The notes below the pieces were generated by a model. That model made no database searches. It was not told the DNA's origin and worked only from the letters and a program-made list of their open reading frames with translations. From NCBI GenBank assembly GCA_964188305.1, contig OZ076885.1: a stretch of DNA of 64,000 bases. One strand, given 5' to 3'. This DNA is from Podarcis bocagei. Taxonomy: Eukaryota. A program made the translations under genes and the position numbers. The stretch's first letter is position 1. Each line of letters opens with the position of its first letter. Shown in pieces: positions 61,017-64,000 of the stretch.

Positions 61017-61719
61017 ATCTATCTATCTATCATCTCAATTGGCTGGATTCAACAAACCTGGTGCACAAGTAGAAGCCAGCACAAGGGTTTCTGCTAGTGC
61101 AACAAAGCTTTCCCCTCTGCTCTCCCCACACCTCCCCCAAATCCACCCTGGAGGGTTGGCAAAACCACACTCCCCCCCAAACAGTGAGCGGGGAGAGGAA
61201 AGGGGAGACCATTCTGTCTGGCAAGCTGAAATGTTTGCCAGACAAACATTTCAAAATATCAAAATAGTGTGTTGCTGAATTCCTCCTGCTGTGCTGCATT
61301 CTGAAGTTTCTGCCGTCAGAGCAGTGAACACATGCTCATGTGCACTTTGTTTCCTTTGTAAGGAAGCTGACTTGATCCGGGTTCCATGCATGTTGTACAG
61401 CAGGCACCGGAGGGACCCCTTCAATCATTCTTACACTCCCTCAGCCATGCGGATTCTAGGACATCTTTGCCCACTGGGATCCCATCTTGGGGCTGCTGCT
61501 GGCCACTGCCCTTGTTGCCAGCCCAGCAGCACCAGTCAGCATTACATGGGGCTCTTATTTTGGGTAACAGAAAACTGCTCTCCTATTATTCTCTCAGGCC
61601 CTCACCTTCTCCATCCTTTTAGGAAAGCTGCATTCTTACCTGTCATTGTCCATAAGCAAGGCCAGGCGCCCATAGTCCCAAGCTGCTTTCCGAAGGCAGG
61701 AGAAGACCAGGAGGAGGAA
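36239..61719 (-). CDS. TMEM63C: TMEM63C (OSCA/TMEM63 osmo/mechanosensitive cation channel), 21 coding exons, 764 aa + stop in window; 5' coding exon outside window
   Basis: Spliced translation has [75 protein letters not shown], and the TMEM63C-type C-terminus [19 protein letters not shown]...RYH. Exon phases sum to 2295 nt in frame; synteny with NGB. Confidence 0.97.
36674..36745 (-). CDS. TMEM63C: TMEM63C exon (72 nt) [24 protein letters not shown]
   Basis: aagcag (NAGNAG) acceptor, GTAAGT donor, phase 0->0. Confidence 0.92.
38190..38305 (-). CDS. TMEM63C: TMEM63C exon (116 nt) [14 protein letters not shown]...KPSSYQ
   Basis: tgtag acceptor, CAG|GTAAGA donor, phase 1->0. Confidence 0.94.
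38647..38814 (-). CDS. TMEM63C: TMEM63C exon (168 nt) [15 protein letters not shown]...FFSVIRL
   Basis: cccag acceptor, GTAGGC donor, phase 1->1. Confidence 0.97.
38915..39070 (+). mobile_element. tRNA-derived SINE (second family)
   Basis: gcatgcaggaggcctcagattcaatccctggc...ctgggaaagacctctgcctg; relatives at ~45290-45430, ~47480-47640 (+) and ~16885-17080, ~39500-39670 (-). Confidence 0.7.
39385..39433. repeat. Pentanucleotide microsatellite (AAACC)n
   Basis: Direct inspection. Confidence 0.95.
40137..40242 (-). CDS. TMEM63C: TMEM63C exon (106 nt) [14 protein letters not shown]...CPIIVPF
   Basis: cttag acceptor, GTAAGT donor, phase 0->1. Confidence 0.97.
41551..41713 (-). CDS. TMEM63C: TMEM63C exon (163 nt) [16 protein letters not shown]...[10 protein letters not shown]
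   Basis: cctag acceptor, CGG|GTTTGC (weak) donor, phase 2->0. Confidence 0.95.
41925..41990 (-). CDS. TMEM63C: TMEM63C exon (66 nt) [22 protein letters not shown]
   Basis: cccag acceptor, GTGAGT donor, phase 2->2. Confidence 0.96.
42866..42952 (-). CDS. TMEM63C: TMEM63C exon (87 nt) [29 protein letters not shown]
   Basis: tttag acceptor, AG|GTACAA donor, phase 2->2. Confidence 0.96.
43270..43492 (+). mobile_element. tRNA-derived MIR/Squam-like SINE
   Basis: A/B-box head then cagccatgaagctcactg...ctcagcctaacctacctcgcagggttgttgtga; relatives at ~20755-20960 and ~37000-37150. Confidence 0.75.
43780..43886 (-). CDS. TMEM63C: TMEM63C exon (107 nt) [16 protein letters not shown]...FESHWT
   Basis: cccag acceptor, AG|GTAACT donor, phase 0->2. 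Confidence 0.96.
44347..44515 (+). mobile_element. Tc2/pogo-type MITE, short copy
   Basis: TA|CCGTATTTTTTGC...GCGAAAAATACGG|TA. Confidence 0.9.
44652..44805 (-). CDS. TMEM63C: TMEM63C exon (154 nt) [15 protein letters not shown]...FFLTTPAII...VESLK
   Basis: tgtag acceptor, AAG|GTGCGC donor, phase 2->0. Confidence 0.96.
47090..47212 (-). CDS. TMEM63C: TMEM63C exon (123 nt) [22 protein letters not shown]...APNDII
   Basis: cccag acceptor, GTAAGT donor, phase 2->2. Confidence 0.96.
47265..47468 (+). mobile_element. L2-type LINE 3' fragment
   Basis: [35 protein letters not shown] followed by L2-type 3' UTR. Confidence 0.85.
47746..47879 (-). CDS. TMEM63C: TMEM63C exon (134 nt) [21 protein letters not shown]...[11 protein letters not shown]
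   Basis: gctag acceptor, GTGAGT donor, phase 0->2. Confidence 0.96.
48370..48402 (+). promoter_or_regulatory. Candidate CTCF site (core plus upstream motif)
   Basis: GACAGTATTCC-N5-GGCCTCTAGATGGTGCA resembles the CTCF upstream motif + core; motif match by eye only. Confidence 0.45.
49409..49799 (-). mobile_element. hAT family A copy 3 (inverted)
   Basis: Reverse complement of the family A body; perfect TSD TATAAAAG (49401-49408, 49800-49807). Confidence 0.92.
49948..50068 (-). CDS. TMEM63C: TMEM63C exon (121 nt) [20 protein letters not shown]...CGFEE
   Basis: ggcag acceptor, GAG|GTACAG donor, phase 2->0. Confidence 0.95.
50138..50378. mobile_element. Tc2/pogo-type MITE, divergent subfamily
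   Basis: TA|CCGTATTGTTCTGTGTATAA...TTATACATGGAAAAATACGG|TA. Confidence 0.85.
50449..50760. mobile_element. Probable hAT (Charlie-like) non-autonomous element
   Basis: caggggtgggggacct...aggtttcccacccct termini; TSD not clear. Confidence 0.6.
51584..51664 (-). CDS. TMEM63C: TMEM63C exon (81 nt) [27 protein letters not shown]
   Basis: aacag acceptor, GTGGGT donor, phase 2->2. Confidence 0.95.
52054..52127 (-). CDS. TMEM63C: TMEM63C exon (74 nt) [24 protein letters not shown]
   Basis: ctaag acceptor, GTAAGT donor, phase 0->2. Confidence 0.95.
52880..52988 (-). CDS. TMEM63C: TMEM63C exon (109 nt) [16 protein letters not shown]...EYKENEK
   Basis: tgtag acceptor, AAG|GTAAGA donor, phase 2->0. 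Confidence 0.95.
53608..53990 (-). mobile_element. Sauria SINE, apparently full length
   Basis: aaggtaaaggtaaa tail; body homologous to 9966-10315. Confidence 0.92.
54190..55435 (+). mobile_element. Long Tc2/pogo-type non-autonomous element carrying a 154-bp tandem array
   Basis: Same termini as the 44347 copy (TA|CCGTACTTTTCTCTCTATAAC...GTTATAGAGCGAAAAATACAG|TA). Confidence 0.9.
54756..55345. repeat. Tandem repeat, 154-bp unit, ~3.7 copies
   Basis: GTGGTTACAAAGCACAGATCCAC recurs at 54761, 54915, 55069, 55225. Confidence 0.97.
55436..55612 (-). mobile_element. Sauria SINE 5' half, abutting MITE end
   Basis: Homologous to 53806-53983; begins exactly at the TA after the MITE. Confidence 0.9.
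55775..55826 (-). CDS. TMEM63C: TMEM63C exon (52 nt) [17 protein letters not shown]
   Basis: ctcag acceptor, GTACGT donor, phase 1->2. Confidence 0.94.
56101..56243 (-). CDS. TMEM63C: TMEM63C exon (143 nt) [22 protein letters not shown]...PVNFSGDLL
   Basis: (TC)n-AAG acceptor, GTACGT donor, phase 2->1. Confidence 0.95.
56247..56276. repeat. (GA)15 microsatellite forming a TMEM63C polypyrimidine tract
   Basis: Immediately adjacent to the acceptor at 56244-56245. Confidence 0.95.
56562..56599 (-). CDS. TMEM63C: TMEM63C exon (38 nt) [12 protein letters not shown]
   Basis: ttctag acceptor, GTGAGT donor, phase 0->2. Confidence 0.93.
56920..57340 (-). mobile_element. L2-type LINE 3' fragment
   Basis: Reverse complement homologous to 47265-47468; ends in ccagatgggtggggtataaataa. 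Confidence 0.85.
57658..57745 (-). CDS. TMEM63C: TMEM63C exon (88 nt) [30 protein letters not shown]
   Basis: AAG acceptor, GTG|GTAAGC donor, phase 2->0; resembles mammalian SLTSLIYGEQSEK. Confidence 0.93.
60502..60971 (+). mobile_element. Tc2/pogo-type MITE, longer copy, inserted in a (TATC)n tract
   Basis: Termini and hairpin shared with the 11049/33215 copies. Confidence 0.9.
60972..61035. repeat. (TATC)n microsatellite
   Basis: Direct inspection. Confidence 0.95.
61640..61719 (-). CDS. TMEM63C: TMEM63C exon (80 nt) [26 protein letters not shown]
   Basis: ctccag acceptor, AG|GTAAGA donor, phase 0->2. Confidence 0.95.
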
Positions 61720-61854
61720 CTGGAGTAGGAGACAGAAAAGCAACAGCTTAGGGGACCCTCTTCATGGGACTGAGAGGAGCCCACCCTTAAGAAGTGTCCT
61801 TCCCCTTTATCTATGGCCTCACATCGTGACAGAAGCCTGGTTTTCTTTTTTAAC

Positions 61855-62480
61855 CTATAAAGCCTTAAATGGCTCAGGATTACAATACTTCAGGGACAGC
61901 CTCTCCTCATATGAACCAACCCAGACCCAGCAACGCTTCTTCGTGTGCCTGCTCTATGAAAGGTCCAGAATGTGACAACACAAGAACAGGTCTTGGTGGC
62001 TCGCCCCAGGGAGGCTCACCTGGTTCCTTCATTACGTATCTTTAGGCACCAGGCAAAACCAGGCCTTTGGTGTTTAACTACAGTGGTACCTCAGGTTACA
62101 TATGCTTCAGGATACACACGCTTCAGGTTACAGACTCTGCTAACCCAGAAATATTACCTCGGGTTAAGAACTTTGCTTCAGGATGAGAACAGAAATCGTG
62201 CAGCGGTGGTGCGGTGGCAGCAGGAGGCCCCATTAGCTAAAGTGGTGCTTCAGGTTAAGAACAGTTTCAGGTTAAGAACAGACCTCCAGAAAGGATTAAG
62301 TTCTTAACCCAAGGTACCACTGTATATGTGGCCTTTTAGAAAAGGGTGAGATGTTAAAAAACAAGAGGAAAAAGATATTTCTTTTTCCTCTTGTTTTTAA
62401 TGCATCTATGTGCAGTTTTTTTGTTTGTTTGGTTGTAAGTCGCTTTGGGTTGTCGCAAGATAAAGCAACCAAGAAATTAA

Positions 62481-62527
<47 letters not shown>
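61855..62527 (+). mobile_element. Degenerate L2-type 3' fragment interrupted by MITE, (AAT)n tail
   Basis: cctataaagccttaaatggctcagga...tttaggcaccaggcaaaacc; tail (AAT)~14. Confidence 0.6.
62081..62322. mobile_element. Tc1/mariner (Tigger-like) MITE, second subfamily, nested in an L2 fragment
   Basis: TA|CAGTGGTACCTCAGGTTA...TAACCCAAGGTACCACTG|TA. Confidence 0.9.
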
Positions 62528-62528
<1 letters not shown>

Positions 62529-63419
62529 CCTTGTATGCAGTCATCCGCATGGCATCAAAACAAACTTGGAAAATCTTTTCCATTACAAATTCAGCTCACA
62601 TCCACAGGGTATACTTCAGTCTTAAGTGTTAAGATAATTTCTCAATAGTCGCTGCTATGACTGAGACTGAGGGGAAGTTACTGTACTATTTTTAATAAAT
62701 AATATAAATCAAGACCCTACAGAGTCAAACCCATCTTTCTTTGTGATTCCTCTTATCACCTCCCATGGCGAGTTAAGTGTTCCATAAGTGCTATATTCCA
62801 CACATATTAGGTCCATGTTTCTGTGGTGGGAGGGGGTGGTCCCCACCACCACCACTACCATTTGTCTTGCTGAACACTTCTGCTTTCACACGTTTTGGTA
62901 TTTTGTTAAAGGGCAGCACAAGTTGTTAGCTAAACAAAAATTCATGCCCAAACCTGCATTTGCTGAGATACTGTGAAAGTGAGATGGGAGAATGAATGGC
63001 CAGGAAGGAAGAGGGAGTGTTTAACCTTTATCATGCCTGCTGGTCTTCCCTTGCAAAGCGCACAAACACTCAAGACAAATTTCCCTTTTAAGTTGACACC
63101 TGGACTTGGAAAAGGCAAAAAATATGGAGGAGGGACTAAACATTTCCTACCCAACTTGCAGTTTCCCCAGCAAGTCTCCCACCACCAAACAACGTTAGTG
63201 GTATAAGGCTAACTCGGGGCTGGGGGTTCTGTTTTATGTTGTAACATGAAGCTCCACCCTAGGCTTTATCAGGAAGAAGCAACCTTCTTTAGAAGTAGAG
63301 TAACATGAACTGTGTACAGCAGTGTCATCAAGTGTTATTCTACATATAGCAGCACTGATAACATGACAAACTCAGGATGGAGAAATATCTGCATATGACT
63401 TTTTAAGGTAAGCTAATAT

Positions 63420-64000
63420 CATAGAATCATAGAGTTGGAATAGACCACAAGGGCCATTGAGTCCAACCCCCTGCGAAGCAGGAAACACCATCAGAGCACT
63501 CCTGACATATGGTTGTCAAGCCTCTGCTCAAAGACCTCCAAAGGAGGAGACTCCACCACACTCCTTGGCAGCAAATTCCACTGTCAAACAGCTCTTACTG
63601 TCAGGAAGTTCTTCCTAATGTTTAGGTGGAATCTTCTTTCTTGTAGTTTGGCTCCATTGCTCCGTGTCCGCTTCTCTGGAGCAGCAGAAAACAACCTTTC
63701 TCCCTCCTCTATGTGACATCCTTTTATATATTTGAACATGGCTATCATATCACCTCTTAACCTCCTCTTCTCCAGGCTAAACATGCCCAGCTCCCTTAGC
63801 CGTTCCTCATAAGGCATCGTTTCCAGGCCTTTGACCATTTTGGTTGCCCTCCTCTGGACACGTTCCAGTTTGTCAGTGTCCTTCTTGAACCGTGGTGCCC
63901 AGAACTGGACACAGTACTCCAGGTGAGGTCTGACCAGAGCAGAATACAGTGGCACTATTATACTTCCCTTGATCTAGATGCTATACTCCTATTGATATCA
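63420..64000 (-). mobile_element. CR1 LINE 3' end (runs off window)
   Basis: ORF2 C-terminus [15 protein letters not shown]...[11 protein letters not shown]...[12 protein letters not shown]; (ATTCTATG)-type 3' terminus at 63420. Confidence 0.96.

Noticed and set aside
61720-64000. TMEM63C first coding exon
   Set aside because: No VLQGQPFGGVPTVL-like sequence found; presumably beyond the window

Overview
Vertebrate (squamate, most likely lacertid lizard, judged from Sauria/POM-type SINEs, BovB, CR1, L2 and lizard-type MITEs) genomic DNA, not prokaryotic. It holds two convergent genes in the arrangement known from other amniotes. (1) A complete neuroglobin gene (NGB, + strand, 4 coding exons 14607-26017, 160 aa, CpG-island promoter). 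(2) 21 coding exons of TMEM63C (- strand, 61719-36239; the first coding exon lies beyond the right edge). All splice phases were checked by hand and are consistent. The rest is intron/intergenic DNA with many transposons: hAT MITEs with 8-bp TSDs, Tc1/mariner- and Tc2/pogo-type MITEs with TA TSDs, a young 1.44-kb BovB insertion in NGB intron 2, CR1/L2/L1 fragments, SINEs and microsatellites. Most ORFs in the supplied track are noise. The best leads are: (a) a strong-Kozak upstream ORF in the NGB leader reading MGAQVSS (N-myristoylation consensus) that is one G away from fusing in-frame to the globin; (b) a candidate mutually exclusive 37-nt exon in TMEM63C upstream of an exon with a long AG-exclusion zone; (c) an intronic inverted match to the TMEM63C codon region paralogous to the TMEM63B Q/R editing site; (d) a composite SINE/MITE/tandem-repeat insertion. 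All four are hypotheses needing RNA or comparative data. No wholly new gene system is demonstrated.
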